A stretch of 63,828 nucleotides of DNA, taken from positions 1-63,828 of IMG/VR virus record IMGVR_UViG_3300025131_000032. One strand, given 5' to 3'. The stretch is from a virus (Duplodnaviria; Caudoviricetes). A model generated the notes under the pieces. It saw only the letters and a list, made by a program, of their open reading frames with translations, made no database searches and was not told the DNA's origin. The position numbers were made by a program, and so were the translations under genes. The stretch's first letter is position 1. Each line of letters opens with the position of its first letter. This document shows, piece by piece, positions 43,883 to 54,699 of the stretch.

Positions 43883-44027
43883 ATTCTCCCCTTCATCTGA
43901 CAGATCCGTCTTATCCGCGAGCATTCTATTATGTTCTGGAACATCAACGCAAGAGCTTGACGTTTACTTGAAGCACTTTCTTTTTCAGGTCAACCTCCGC
44001 GTATCCAATGTGCAACCCGAGGTAAAA

Positions 44028-45188
44028 ATGGACGATCAACTCCCATCAGACCTGTTTAAGCAAGCTGCTCAAGAGGCGGAGGGTGCTCCTGCGCCCGTCG
44101 ATCCGCCTACCAATGACGGGGCGGCTGCAACAAGCGAACCCGTAACTCCGCCGGCGCCCCCTGAACCTGGCACCCCGATTCTCGACGAAGCTCGCGAGCG
44201 TGGTTTCAACACTGAAGGCATCGAGACGGATCAGGATTGGGTGCGGCAACTGGAAACTCACGCCTCGTACCAGCAGCAACTTGCTCAAGGGTACGAAGTC
44301 GAGCGCGAGGAATACGGGGCACTAAAGGCGAATCCAGACTTCATCGAGTGGCAGAAGCAGCGTGAAGACGCGGCCAAGGCTGAGGCGGCCAAGGAACCAG
44401 AACCAATCCTCCCCGAGTGGGGCAATCGGCCTGAGTTCGACGAGCAATGGGGCCAGTACGTTGAGTACAACCCATCCTCAAACACCTTCGAGCTGTCAGA
44501 GTCGGCGCCTAAGTTCATTAACCAGGACATCGCCCGCAAATACACCGCGGCGAAGCAGTGGGAAGCCCAGCAGAGCCAGCGAATCGTCAACGATTTCCCA
44601 GACCTCGTATCTCAGATCGTAGAGAAAGCGATCGAGGGGCGATTGGGCGACTTGGACGAGCGAATCAATAAGAACGTCGGCGGGTACATGCAGCAGCGAG
44701 ATGCTTATGCCCATGCCGAGAACACTGTGCAGGCGTTTCTCGTTGACAACGTCAAACACCTATACGCCCACGAAGACGGGGAAATGGTGCAAGACGCCCA
44801 GGGGAATCCGCAATTGACCGAATCAGGGCAACGATTCGCTCAGCTGCGAGAACAGGGCGCTCAATTTGCCCGTCGCCTGGGGGTCGAAAACCCAACGGAA
44901 GAGGTGATGAATCAATATGCGATGGACAACTGGCAGGCTCCAGCAGCTTCGCCAGATCCACCGCAACCGGCAGCAGCGGACGCAACGCCGCCTCCTGCCG
45001 CGGTCCCTGAGCCAAATAAGAAGAGTCGGCTCAAGGAAGAGTTTGCTAAGGAAGCGAAGCGGCGATCCGCGGAACCTCCTCAGCCAGTCTCAAACCGGAA
45101 GGTTGCTGAAGCAGCGAATGCAGCAACTGAAGAGATCAGCTTTGAGCGGATGCTTCAAGAAGAAGCAAAAGCGAACGGCTTAAGTTAA
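44028..45188 (+). CDS. putative capsid scaffolding protein
   Basis: GAGG RBS; acidic, Pro-rich and helical; immediately upstream of the MCP. Confidence 0.6.
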   Translation: MDDQLPSDLFKQAAQEAEGAPAPVDPPTNDGAAATSEPVTPPAPPEPGTPILDEARERGFNTEGIETDQDWVRQLETHASYQQQLAQGYEVEREEYGALKANPDFIEWQKQREDAAKAEAAKEPEPILPEWGNRPEFDEQWGQYVEYNPSSNTFELSESAPKFINQDIARKYTAAKQWEAQQSQRIVNDFPDLVSQIVEKAIEGRLGDLDERINKNVGGYMQQRDAYAHAENTVQAFLVDNVKHLYAHEDGEMVQDAQGNPQLTESGQRFAQLREQGAQFARRLGVENPTEEVMNQYAMDNWQAPAASPDPPQPAAADATPPPAAVPEPNKKSRLKEEFAKEAKRRSAEPPQPVSNRKVAEAANAATEEISFERMLQEEAKANGLS

Positions 45189-45236
45189 ACCAAGAGGCGC
45201 CTTTCAAGTTTGTAACTTGTAACACGGAGCTTAGTT

Positions 45237-46334
45237 ATGTCAGAGGCACTTTCAGTCGTCAACACAACCGCACGCAAGTATTTCAGCGGTGCGGCTGATT
45301 TGACCATCCGGCGCCGACTGTTCTTGCGCCTTCTCGCTCAACACGGGCGAATCGCGTACAACGAAAACGGCGATGCAGTGTATTGGAATGTTCAGCATTC
45401 CCAACCGCCAGTTCAGGCTCACGGGGCGAGTGGTGAATACTCGTTCGACGAGCACGATCTGTACCGTCAACTCACCGTCGATGTCCGTGGCTACGTTGCC
45501 ACCGACAAGATGGACGAGAAGAACCGCCTGATGAATAAGGGCAATGTTGCCATCATCAAGCGCTACGGTCGGATCATCCCGAACCTGAAGCAGTCGCTCG
45601 ACGACAACTTCCACGGCGAACTGTACATCGACGGTTACGGCACCGGGAACGGCAATCGCCTCCACGGTCTCCAGTCCTTCCTTGGTGAAGGCACTGTGGT
45701 TGCTGCCGACTTGGTTGCTCAGCCGAGCGACACTTATGGCGGCCACTCAACGGCGCTTGCCAATGAGGGTGGCTCCTGGTCGAGCGATCTCAGCACGAGC
45801 CCCAACGCCGCAGTCGCCACTGACTGGCCTGACGGCAAAGGTGACGCCGAGTACGACTTCATGTCGCCGGTTTTGGTCAACACGACCTCGACGAACTGGG
45901 GATCGACGACCAACTGGGAAGACAACTGCGGGAAGATCCTCCGCAGAACGACCACTTGGCTCACCAAGAACGGTGGCCAAACAGGGCGACCGACGCTCTA
46001 CATGATGGGCGGAAACAAGTTCAACGGTTTCCAAGACTATCACGAGACCAAGTTCCGCAACATCATTCCGCACCCCGAAGCACGGGATCTTGGCTTCCCT
46101 GACACGCTCAATCAAGACGGCGTCATGGTGAAGTACGAGTTCGACGTTCCGGCGACGGAAGTCTACGGCATCAACATCCACCAGATGGAGCTGTGCTCCT
46201 GGGATAGCGTGCTGTTTGGTGTTCGTGGTCCGACTTACGACATCAAATCGGATGCGACTTTGTTCAAGGCAGGCTTCTTCGGTAACGCCCGTTACCAGCC
46301 GAAGTATTTCGCGTTGCTCAAAGAGTACGCATAA
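45237..46334 (+). CDS. major capsid protein
   Basis: 365 aa; LYIDG.G...RLHGL, GFPDTLN.DGV.V..E; position in the operon. Confidence 0.8.
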   Translation: MSEALSVVNTTARKYFSGAADLTIRRRLFLRLLAQHGRIAYNENGDAVYWNVQHSQPPVQAHGASGEYSFDEHDLYRQLTVDVRGYVATDKMDEKNRLMNKGNVAIIKRYGRIIPNLKQSLDDNFHGELYIDGYGTGNGNRLHGLQSFLGEGTVVAADLVAQPSDTYGGHSTALANEGGSWSSDLSTSPNAAVATDWPDGKGDAEYDFMSPVLVNTTSTNWGSTTNWEDNCGKILRRTTTWLTKNGGQTGRPTLYMMGGNKFNGFQDYHETKFRNIIPHPEARDLGFPDTLNQDGVMVKYEFDVPATEVYGINIHQMELCSWDSVLFGVRGPTYDIKSDATLFKAGFFGNARYQPKYFALLKEYA

Positions 46335-46367
46335 GCCGTTCCGTCAACCTGAAAGAGAGAACGAGTT

Positions 46368-46808
46368 ATGGGTACGTTCAGTGCGGGAACAAATCCCCGC
46401 CTAGAAGCGGCATTGGCCTCACGGTCAGCAGCCGCCGACATCAAAGACTTGATCGAAGCTCCGACCGACATCGTCGAAACCAAAACCGCCGACTACACCC
46501 TTGTGGCGGCGGATAGCGGCAAGACGTTCATCGCGGGCGCCGTGGACTTGACGTTCACGTTGCCAGCCACGATCTCCGGGTTCAAGGCCACGTTTATCGT
46601 GGCGACGGTGAGTGCAACAACGGGTTGCTCGATCTCACCAAACGCCTCGGACAAGATCATTGGGAACGCCTTTGCGGGCACAGATGATAAAGATGCGATC
46701 AACACCGCTGCGACTGACGTTGCTGGCGATGCGATCGAGATTGTCGGTGATGGTTCTGATGGCTGGTACATCAAGAATATCATCGGCACATGGGCGCTAG
46801 AAGCGTAA
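46368..46808 (+). CDS. head decoration/fibre-like protein
   Basis: KTADYTL.AADSGK..TFTLPA...GD..EIV.DG..GWY. Confidence 0.55.
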   Translation: MGTFSAGTNPRLEAALASRSAAADIKDLIEAPTDIVETKTADYTLVAADSGKTFIAGAVDLTFTLPATISGFKATFIVATVSATTGCSISPNASDKIIGNAFAGTDDKDAINTAATDVAGDAIEIVGDGSDGWYIKNIIGTWALEA

Positions 46809-46878
46809 GAGCATGGGTCGGTAGAGGGTGAACCCCAACGACTTCATGTGTTCCAATTTTCAAGAAAGAGAGTGAGTC

Positions 46879-47397
46879 ATGGCTGGAGCAGGCATGGGTC
46901 TCATGAGGCGCGGTGTCTCTTGGACCTCGATCCCCACAGGGGCCGAAGGTTTGGTTAAAGAGTTTCCTGACGTGGACTGGTCGCAGCAAGGCGTCAAGCC
47001 TCGCACGAGCAACATGAAGGTGACTTGTCGTTTGGTCAAGAACACGGACGCGACCGCGCTATTGCCGTCGCTTCTGGTGACCTACGAGGCCGGTTCGTTC
47101 GGTCTTGAGGTTGACGATTACGCCGCGGCCACCGATCAACCCGCCGGGATGGTCGATGAGTATTTGCCCGCAGCTGGCGTCCCCGCCGGTTCGTGGTTCT
47201 GGATCGTCCAAAAAGGCCCCACCAAGGGCACGGACAGCGGCAGTGGTCTCACGGCAGACACAATTATCGCCGCAGCGGCTTCTGGTGAAGTTGCTGACGC
47301 CTCCTCGCCTCCGACTGACAACGACGTTGGTCGAGCGATGGGAACGGTAGCGGCAGACGCGGTAGGTCGCGTCTTCCTGAATCTCCTGTACAGCTAA
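46879..47397 (+). CDS. capsid cement/decoration protein
   Basis: follows the MCP; GMVDEYLPAAGV...WFW.V.KGP. Confidence 0.55.
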   Translation: MAGAGMGLMRRGVSWTSIPTGAEGLVKEFPDVDWSQQGVKPRTSNMKVTCRLVKNTDATALLPSLLVTYEAGSFGLEVDDYAAATDQPAGMVDEYLPAAGVPAGSWFWIVQKGPTKGTDSGSGLTADTIIAAAASGEVADASSPPTDNDVGRAMGTVAADAVGRVFLNLLYS

Positions 47398-47409
47398 GTC
47401 AGGTGAACA

Positions 47410-47457
47410 CTCCCAGTCGGCCTACCTCACGACGGGTCGGCTGGGAGCCCTTTCTTC
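47410..47457 (+). terminator. terminator-like hairpin after the capsid genes
   Basis: CTCCCAGTCGGCCT...GGGTCGGCTGGGAG then CCCTTTCTT. Confidence 0.5.
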
Positions 47458-47467
47458 TGGGTGATCT

Positions 47468-47992
47468 ATGTCCGAAACGATCGCAAAGCGAAAGTGTAAC
47501 GGTTGCAAGCGGGTGATTCATCGCCGCGCTGGTGACACATTTCGGCAGTATTGTCGAACTTGCGGCAAGATCCGAGCCGACAACAAGGCAGCGAACGAGG
47601 AAGCGAAGAAGAAAGTCTTGTCCAATAAAAGCGATGAGGACAAGCGGAAGTTAATGGTGCAGGCGAGCCAAATCATGCTGAAGGCCGGCGACAAGTACGC
47701 CGAGGTCGTCAGTATCTGCGACAGGTTAATGGATCTTCACGGCGGTCTCGATGGGTTCTGCCGAGAGTGGAAGCATCACATTGACGTTGCCGCGCGGGAC
47801 AATCCTGGTTCTAAGCTGATCTTGGATCAGTACCATGGGATTGTCAGGTTGCATATGAAAGCAGCCGAACATCGCCCAGCCAACACCGACATCGATCAGA
47901 TGGAACTTGAGGACACCGCCGCCGAACTTGATCGGATGGCGACACAACTCGGTTTGAATGTGTACGGCGGGCTTGATGAACAATCCGCATAA
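47468..47992 (+). CDS. putative terminase small subunit
   Basis: directly upstream of and overlapping TerL; N-terminal CxxC...CxxC. Confidence 0.45.
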   Translation: MSETIAKRKCNGCKRVIHRRAGDTFRQYCRTCGKIRADNKAANEEAKKKVLSNKSDEDKRKLMVQASQIMLKAGDKYAEVVSICDRLMDLHGGLDGFCREWKHHIDVAARDNPGSKLILDQYHGIVRLHMKAAEHRPANTDIDQMELEDTAAELDRMATQLGLNVYGGLDEQSA

Positions 47993-49703
47993 AATCACAC
48001 CTGTGGAACAGCAGCGGCTGATCCGTCTTGCGGGCCAGCGTGCGCGTCTGCAGAAGGAAGCCCTGAACATCTTCAGGCCGACCCCAAATCAAGTTGACAT
48101 CTTCAAATCTGAGGCGTCTGAACTTTTGCTTCGAGGTGGCAACCGAAGTGGCAAAAGCGTTTGTGCGGCCATGTTGTTCGCTTCTGCCGCCACCGGGATT
48201 CCTGTAAAAGACCCTGACGGCAATCCGATACCGATATTTGAGCCGCACCGCCTAGCTCACCACCATAAGCGTGGGATGACGACGTGGTGTGTCGGGCTTG
48301 GCGAGAAGCATATTGGCCAGACCCTCCATCGACTCCTGTTCCAGCGCGATCTCTTCAAGATGATCCGTGACGACGACAGTGGCGAGTGGCGATCATTTGA
48401 TCCAGTGGCTGACAAGGGCCGAGAATGGGAGACACGCCCATCTCCGCCCGCAATCCCGAAACGATTCATTGAGGCGTGGGGCTGGAAGGATAAGTCGAAG
48501 CGATTATTCGAGTCCTGCCGGCTAACCAACGGGACCACAATTTACGCCTACACGTCGATAGCAGACGCGAAGATGGGCGATCCCGTAGACTTCATTTGGA
48601 TTGACGAGAACATCCGGTTTGGCGCTCACTACGCGGAGTGGCAAGCTCGCATCTCTGACCGCAAGGGGCGGATAGCATGGTCGGTGTGGCCAGGGCATGG
48701 ATCCTGGGTGGTGCAAGATATTAGCGAGCGGGCTAAGGTCCAGCGTGACGAGAAGCGTGAGAAGCTCGACGTGGAAGAAGTTGTGCTCACGTTTAGCTCG
48801 AACAAGTTCATTGACGCGGACGAGAAGCGGAAGCGGCTTGAGGGCTGGAGTGAGGATGACCGCCGGTCACGCGACGAGGGCGAGTTCACTTACGGCAAGA
48901 GCCGCATCTACCCAACATTCGCGGAGTCCACCCACGGCACACCGTCTCGATACGAGGCTGAGTGGGACTTGGTTGACAAGGTGATGGACAAGAACAACGG
49001 GATGCCACCGTCTGATTGGTGCCGCGGCCTTGTTGTAGACCCTGGCCATTCACACCCCGGCATCCTATTCGTGGCAATCGCACCTCCAGATCTATGCCCA
49101 AATGGCCCTGTCTGGGTGGTGTACGACGAGCTCTATCAGCCCCAGACGGACGCTGACGAGCAAGCAAAGGGCGTGAGTCTCAAACCGGCAGCTCCTTACA
49201 TGTACTTTGTGATGGATGCACACGCCGGTCGAACCACGCCGATGGGTTTCAATATCACGGTTCGTGACCGCTATGAAGAGGCGTTCGCTCAGTACAAGCT
49301 GCGGTGCGAGACGACTCAAGGTAGCTTCCGCATGGGCAATGACAATGTCGAGGCTGGTATCGGCGCTGTCCGAGGTGCTTTGCATATCGGAGAGGGTGGC
49401 CGCCCGAAGCTGCGAGTGGTGATTGCCAAGTGCCCGTGGTTCATTAAACAGATGACCATGTACCGCAAGCTGATCGACCTGAAGACAAACATGCCGGTTG
49501 ATGAGCCGGCCAAGCGCCAGATTGACCCACTTGTTGACTGCATCAGATACTGGTGTGCGGGCAATTACCAATACATGTCACCTCCGCGTAACACCGCCAA
49601 AGCGAGCGGAGCGTTGGAGTATTTTCGGAATGAGTTTGTAGATGAGGAATCGCAACCTAAGAACGACTCCATTTATTGTGGAGCAGGAGTGATTGAGAAA
49701 TGA
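47976..49703 (+). CDS. terL: terminase large subunit
   Basis: Walker A GGNRSGKS, Walker B FIWIDE, nuclease VVDPG and D.LVDCIRY. Confidence 0.92.
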   Translation: MNNPHKITPVEQQRLIRLAGQRARLQKEALNIFRPTPNQVDIFKSEASELLLRGGNRSGKSVCAAMLFASAATGIPVKDPDGNPIPIFEPHRLAHHHKRGMTTWCVGLGEKHIGQTLHRLLFQRDLFKMIRDDDSGEWRSFDPVADKGREWETRPSPPAIPKRFIEAWGWKDKSKRLFESCRLTNGTTIYAYTSIADAKMGDPVDFIWIDENIRFGAHYAEWQARISDRKGRIAWSVWPGHGSWVVQDISERAKVQRDEKREKLDVEEVVLTFSSNKFIDADEKRKRLEGWSEDDRRSRDEGEFTYGKSRIYPTFAESTHGTPSRYEAEWDLVDKVMDKNNGMPPSDWCRGLVVDPGHSHPGILFVAIAPPDLCPNGPVWVVYDELYQPQTDADEQAKGVSLKPAAPYMYFVMDAHAGRTTPMGFNITVRDRYEEAFAQYKLRCETTQGSFRMGNDNVEAGIGAVRGALHIGEGGRPKLRVVIAKCPWFIKQMTMYRKLIDLKTNMPVDEPAKRQIDPLVDCIRYWCAGNYQYMSPPRNTAKASGALEYFRNEFVDEESQPKNDSIYCGAGVIEK

Positions 49704-50182
49704 GCGACCAAGTGCAAATCGGAACCACGGTAGTTTACTACGAGTGCGGCGACGTTAGCGGCAAGCCGACCGCGGCAATCATTGTCGATTACAACGAGCA
49801 TGACCGGCGACTGGAGCTGGCCTTGATCGCCAAGAACACTGAGACGCTGATTCGGCGCCACAATGTTTACCACACGGCGTCTGAGATCCCGAACGAGAAG
49901 ACGAGAGTCAAGTACGGCACATGGGAGTCGCTTGAAGAGTCTCGCGTCCGCATCGAGGAGAGTGATGCTGTGCGGAAGGCTCGGGTCAGAAAGGCTCAGC
50001 AGGATCGTGAGAAGTTTGAGCGGATGGACCATGAGCGATTCCAGGTGATGAAGCTCCACGACACGGGCAAGAAGCCTGGCGAGATTGCTGCCGAGGTTGG
50101 TGGCGACTGGACGGCGATGTCGGTCGGGCGGTTCATCAAGTCGAGGACCAAAGAGCGGGTAACCGCCGGAAGTGACCAATAA
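49700..50182 (+). CDS. hypothetical protein (SH3-like N-terminus, HTH-like C-terminus)
   Basis: IGTTVVYY...AAIIV; GKKPGEIAAEVG. Confidence 0.6.
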   Translation: MSDQVQIGTTVVYYECGDVSGKPTAAIIVDYNEHDRRLELALIAKNTETLIRRHNVYHTASEIPNEKTRVKYGTWESLEESRVRIEESDAVRKARVRKAQQDREKFERMDHERFQVMKLHDTGKKPGEIAAEVGGDWTAMSVGRFIKSRTKERVTAGSDQ

Positions 50183-52596
50183 TGACTAGCGTTAGCACTG
50201 TACCGTCGCTGGCACCCGAGCCACCGAAGCTGTCAGTCATGATGCCGATCGCCAAGGGGTGGCTCGGTAAGATGGATGAGGCTATCGATGCGCGGCGTGG
50301 TTTCGACGATGTGGCGGAACAGTGCCATAGCTTCTTTGCTGGCGACATGGGGTTCATGTGGGACTCTAATTTCCAGAAGAAGTACATGAAGGGTGGTATG
50401 GATCCGAAGTTCAAGATCACACTCCAGAAGGGGTATGAGCTGGTCTCGATCTTTGGTCCTAAGATGTACCACCAGAACCCAACTCGGGAGGTTCGGGATG
50501 TCGAGCCATTGGAGTTCTCACCGATGGCGTTTGGTGATCCGAACGACCCGCAGGTGCAGCAGATCTTTCAGATGGCTCAGCAGCAGCAGCAGCAGCGCGC
50601 CGAGGACGACTCGATCCGTAACAAGCTGTTCGACATCATTTTGAACTACACTCCTGGCGAGATGCCTGGGGGTGGTTTGGCGGCACACTCGAAACAGGGC
50701 ATTACAGAGGCCCTGGTGACCGGCAGAGGCGTTCTGTGGCCTCGTGACTATCACATGCCGGGAAGCGACCGAACGCTCACAGGCTGCTTCTGGGACTCTC
50801 AGGACAACCTGTTCTACGACCCTGATGCCACGAGCGTGGATGATGCTTGGTGGGTAGCCCGCCGCGAGATCAAGCCCTACTGGGAGTTCGAGCGGGAATT
50901 CAACCTCCCCAAGGACTCCTTGCGTGGTAAGGCGACCCACGAGAGCCGCAACAGTCGCGGTGACTCAGCTGGCGACGATCTAGCGGCCCATCATCGCCGC
51001 GAGGGTAAGACCAACGACTTGATGGTGGTCTACAAGATCTGGAGCAAGATGGGTCTTGGCGGGCGGATGAAAGGGAACATGGAGCATGTCAGCGACGGTT
51101 TGCGTAAAGAGCTGGACGAAGTGTGCGGCGATTACTGCTACATCTGTGTCGCTGAAGGTGTCGATTTCCCGCTAAATGCCCCGAGTGAAGCGGTCGTGAA
51201 GGAGGATGATGACCAGATCGAGAAGCGCTTCCGTTGGCCGATCCCGTTCTGGCGGGACGACAAGTGGCCATTCGCGCTGCTTGAGTTCAACAAGAACCCG
51301 AAGTCACCGTACCCGATCGCCCCGATGGCTCCCGGCCTGGGCGAGTTGACGTACCTAAACATCTTCATTTCCCACCTAGCAGCCCGCACCTGGAGCAGTT
51401 CCAGAGACCTGATTGTCGTCTTGGAGCGAGCGGCCGTTGACCTTGAGGGTCCACTGCAGAACGGCAAGGACCAAGCGATTATCAAGGTTGGTGAGGGTAA
51501 CAAAGACCTGAGAGAGTGTATTCAATGGATTCAGCAGCCCGGCGTGAACAAAGATGCCTTCGAGATGATCGACCGAATCACCCGTTTGTTCGAGCAAAGG
51601 ACAGGGCTCAACGAGCTCCTTTACGGGATGAACGTCGGCGGGATCCAATCACGCTCGGCCACCGATTCAAAAATAAAAAACGAAAATGCACAAACCCGCG
51701 TGGGCGCGATGGCTAAGGCGGTTGAGTCTTGGATGGCAGAGGCCGCGGACATGGAGAAGTTTGTTCTCCGGTTCAAGGTCGAGGGCAAGGATATTCGGGA
51801 GCGGGTGGGGCCGGTTGGCGCCCACCTCTGGGATACCAAGGTGCTTGAGGAGCCGCTAGAGGTCGTGTGCCGCGAGATGCGTGCGACGGTCACGGCAGGC
51901 TCGATGCGGAAGCCTGATAAGGCCCAGGACGCTCAGAACATCGCCTCGGTGGTATCGACCATCTTCCCCGAGCTGTCGAAGCACGCGGACGTAACCGGCG
52001 ACACGAACCCAGTGAACAGCTTTATCCAAACCTGGGGTGAAGCGATCGAGCAGGATGTTGACGGGTTGATGATGGGTCAGCGTCAGCAGGCGCCCCCGAG
52101 CGAAGAGGCGCAACAGCAGCAGCAGATGATGCTCCAGTTCGAGCAGCAGAAGATGCAGGCGGAAGTACAGAAGGCGGGGCTGGAAGTACAGAAGATACAG
52201 GCAGACGTGCAGATTGGCGGCCAGAAGGCTCAGATTGAGGGTCAATTGTCCTCGATCAAGCTACAGACGGCGGCGCAGGAAGCTCAGATTGACATGCAGG
52301 TTAAGCAGGCCGACATCGCGCTGCAGACTCAAGAGGCTGAACTTCGCCAGGCCGAGATGCAAGGCAAAATGCTCGAGAGCCAGCTCAAGATCGAGCAGCA
52401 GAAAGCCTCCACAGAGCAGGCGACCATCAACGCCGCAAAGGACATAACCAACGCAGAGGGTGAAGTCGAAGGCAAGGAGATCGAGGTCGTGCTGAAGCGG
52501 CTCGACGTGGAAGAGAAGAAGATCGACCTCCAGATTAAACGCAAGCAACTCACCCTACTCGACAAGGAACCGAACGATGCTGAACGATCCGACTAA
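50182..52596 (+). CDS. portal protein with long C-terminal coiled coil (barrel)
   Basis: 804 aa after TerL; ALVTGRG.LW, DPDA, FEQRTGL.EL.YG...RSAT; Gln-rich tail. Confidence 0.8.
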   Translation: MTSVSTVPSLAPEPPKLSVMMPIAKGWLGKMDEAIDARRGFDDVAEQCHSFFAGDMGFMWDSNFQKKYMKGGMDPKFKITLQKGYELVSIFGPKMYHQNPTREVRDVEPLEFSPMAFGDPNDPQVQQIFQMAQQQQQQRAEDDSIRNKLFDIILNYTPGEMPGGGLAAHSKQGITEALVTGRGVLWPRDYHMPGSDRTLTGCFWDSQDNLFYDPDATSVDDAWWVARREIKPYWEFEREFNLPKDSLRGKATHESRNSRGDSAGDDLAAHHRREGKTNDLMVVYKIWSKMGLGGRMKGNMEHVSDGLRKELDEVCGDYCYICVAEGVDFPLNAPSEAVVKEDDDQIEKRFRWPIPFWRDDKWPFALLEFNKNPKSPYPIAPMAPGLGELTYLNIFISHLAARTWSSSRDLIVVLERAAVDLEGPLQNGKDQAIIKVGEGNKDLRECIQWIQQPGVNKDAFEMIDRITRLFEQRTGLNELLYGMNVGGIQSRSATDSKIKNENAQTRVGAMAKAVESWMAEAADMEKFVLRFKVEGKDIRERVGPVGAHLWDTKVLEEPLEVVCREMRATVTAGSMRKPDKAQDAQNIASVVSTIFPELSKHADVTGDTNPVNSFIQTWGEAIEQDVDGLMMGQRQQAPPSEEAQQQQQMMLQFEQQKMQAEVQKAGLEVQKIQADVQIGGQKAQIEGQLSSIKLQTAAQEAQIDMQVKQADIALQTQEAELRQAEMQGKMLESQLKIEQQKASTEQATINAAKDITNAEGEVEGKEIEVVLKRLDVEEKKIDLQIKRKQLTLLDKEPNDAERSD

Positions 52597-52897
52597 ACTG
52601 ACTCTCGTCAACTTCGACGAGGCAACGGCGGCCACACATTCGGTCGTCGCATTGGCTGCAGGTGAAACCATCATCGTGCATGAGGTTTTCCTTGTCGCAG
52701 CGGGTGCTACCGATGTGACATTCAAGTCAGCAACCACCACAAAGATTGGCCCGATCGCTATGAAGTCCGGTGACATCATACAAGTCGGGTTCAACGACAA
52801 GTACCCATTCTTGGTCTGCACCAAAGCTGAGGCGTTTCAGATTACCCTGAGCGCTGCCGAGCGAGTGTCAGGCTGGATCCGGTATGTACAGGAGTAG
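52577..52897 (+). CDS. small virion beta-protein
   Basis: AAGGA RBS; beta-rich. Confidence 0.55.
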   Translation: MLNDPTKLTLVNFDEATAATHSVVALAAGETIIVHEVFLVAAGATDVTFKSATTTKIGPIAMKSGDIIQVGFNDKYPFLVCTKAEAFQITLSAAERVSGWIRYVQE

Positions 52898-52899
52898 AC

Positions 52900-53466
52900 A
52901 TGGCGACTAGCTGGAAGACCAAGATCAACGGCAAGACGTACACAGCCAAGATGGTGAACGGTGCGGTGGAATACGATCCGCCGATGCCCGCTGACCAGTT
53001 GGCTCGTGAGAAGCAGAACATGGCTGGGATGGCAGAGGCTCGCCGCGCCCCTGGGTGTGTTACTGATTCGACGTTCTTTGCTGGGGTCGGGACGCTGTCG
53101 GAGCAGTTCCGCGGTGAGGAGCGGCAGCTTTCACAGATGGTAGCCAATGCTAAAGCTAACGGGTACACGCCGGCTAATGGGGACTTCTACCAAGAGGGTT
53201 TGGCGGATTACCCAGGCGACCCGAAGGCGTTTGTGAAGTCTCGTGGCGAAGTGCGTGAACGATGTCTCGAACGAGGAGTTCCCTGTCATGGCAGCGTGAA
53301 TGTCAGTGAGCATGAAGTTGCAGCCCGGCCAGAGCGAGTGAAAAAGACGAAACTGGCCGACGACATTGTCAATCGCAAGGTGATGGACATCAAGAAGGCC
53401 GGCGGCCACGTCAAGAGCGAGTCGGCCATCCGCCAGGAAATCGTTGAGAAACACGGTTCAAAATGA
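52900..53466 (+). CDS. hypothetical protein
   Basis: AGGAG RBS; LA.YPGDP.AFV motif. Confidence 0.6.
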   Translation: MATSWKTKINGKTYTAKMVNGAVEYDPPMPADQLAREKQNMAGMAEARRAPGCVTDSTFFAGVGTLSEQFRGEERQLSQMVANAKANGYTPANGDFYQEGLADYPGDPKAFVKSRGEVRERCLERGVPCHGSVNVSEHEVAARPERVKKTKLADDIVNRKVMDIKKAGGHVKSESAIRQEIVEKHGSK

Positions 53467-54626
53467 GCATACAGCTTTATACATACAAGGACATTCACGA
53501 TCACCTCGCGGATGTCTTCGATGTGAATACAACTGCGGCGACCCGTGAGAACAACCTCATTAAGCGGGCCATCGTCTCTGCGTACAGGGAGCTTCCCGCT
53601 AAACACAAGTGGAAGTACTTCGAGCGGACATTCACGATGGAGAGTGAAGCCAGCCAGTCAACTGGAACGATCACCTACACGCACTCGACTAGGACAGTGA
53701 CGCTGTCAGGTGACACTTGGCCGACTAACGCGAGCTTGTACAAGATCTACTTTGCATCGAATGGGGCGACCTATCCGATTGAGAGCTACACAGACAGCAC
53801 TAACATTGTCCTGACTGAGACTCAAAATCCAGGTGACGATGTGGCGGCTGGGGCTTCCTTCATCCTCTACCGATCCCATTACCCCTTCCCATGCAACTTC
53901 CGCAAGATGGATCGAGCGTGGGATGTCACGGGCAACTTCGCGCTCCGCTACTCCCCGCCCGCCGAGGGACTGGGGAACACGGTTTTGTACAGCACGCCGA
54001 GTCAGCCAACCATGTTCTCGATCGGGGCAGACGGCAGGTACTACGGTGCGTTGTCGATGGTGTTGTCTCCACCCCCGAGCACGGCTAGGACGTATGAGTT
54101 CAGCTACCAGGCATCGCCGCGCCCGCTGACGCTGCTCGAGGAGAACACTGGCACGGTAACGCACACAGCAGCCTCGACGACGGTAGAGGGCACGGGCACT
54201 GCATTTGACTCAGTAGACCATGAAGGCGCTGTGATTCGCTTTGGCGACACTACCAACGTCCCAACAGACAGAGAGGGAGATTACCCGTACAAGGTCTGGC
54301 GGATTGTCTCAAGCGTGACCGATGCAGACACGTTGGTGATCGACGCCACGCCTGGGATCGCCGGCACGACGGTCAAGTATTCGATGTCAGACCCGATTGA
54401 CATCACCTCAGACACAATGATGACCTACTTTCTAAGGCTTGCGGAACTTCAGTTCTCGATCATGACAAACCGGAAGGATGTGCGATTGAGAGCGGCTGAG
54501 GAGCGAGAGGCTTTGAAGTGGGCGGCAGGTGCGGACGCAAGATACAGAGATACAGTTGAGGCAGGCGGAATAGTTCCGTTCCATCTTCGCGGGTGGTCCA
54601 CTATTCCTGACGAGATTGTGAACTAG
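53463..54626 (+). CDS. head-tail adaptor-like protein with inserted beta domains
   Basis: AI..AY.EL...W.Y, YPFP.NF, G.GT.F repeats. Confidence 0.55.
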   Translation: MSIQLYTYKDIHDHLADVFDVNTTAATRENNLIKRAIVSAYRELPAKHKWKYFERTFTMESEASQSTGTITYTHSTRTVTLSGDTWPTNASLYKIYFASNGATYPIESYTDSTNIVLTETQNPGDDVAAGASFILYRSHYPFPCNFRKMDRAWDVTGNFALRYSPPAEGLGNTVLYSTPSQPTMFSIGADGRYYGALSMVLSPPPSTARTYEFSYQASPRPLTLLEENTGTVTHTAASTTVEGTGTAFDSVDHEGAVIRFGDTTNVPTDREGDYPYKVWRIVSSVTDADTLVIDATPGIAGTTVKYSMSDPIDITSDTMMTYFLRLAELQFSIMTNRKDVRLRAAEEREALKWAAGADARYRDTVEAGGIVPFHLRGWSTIPDEIVN

Positions 54627-54699
54627 TTCATCGGGTGGCGCGTGCGGGTTAGCGTCCTGGTTGCCCCGCTGGCCCGCACCGCCGTTTTTCGGAAATACA

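Noticed and set aside
43680-44027. N-terminal extension of the scaffold ORF
   Set aside because: It overlaps the opposite-strand DUF1580 gene; the ATG at 44028 has the RBS.
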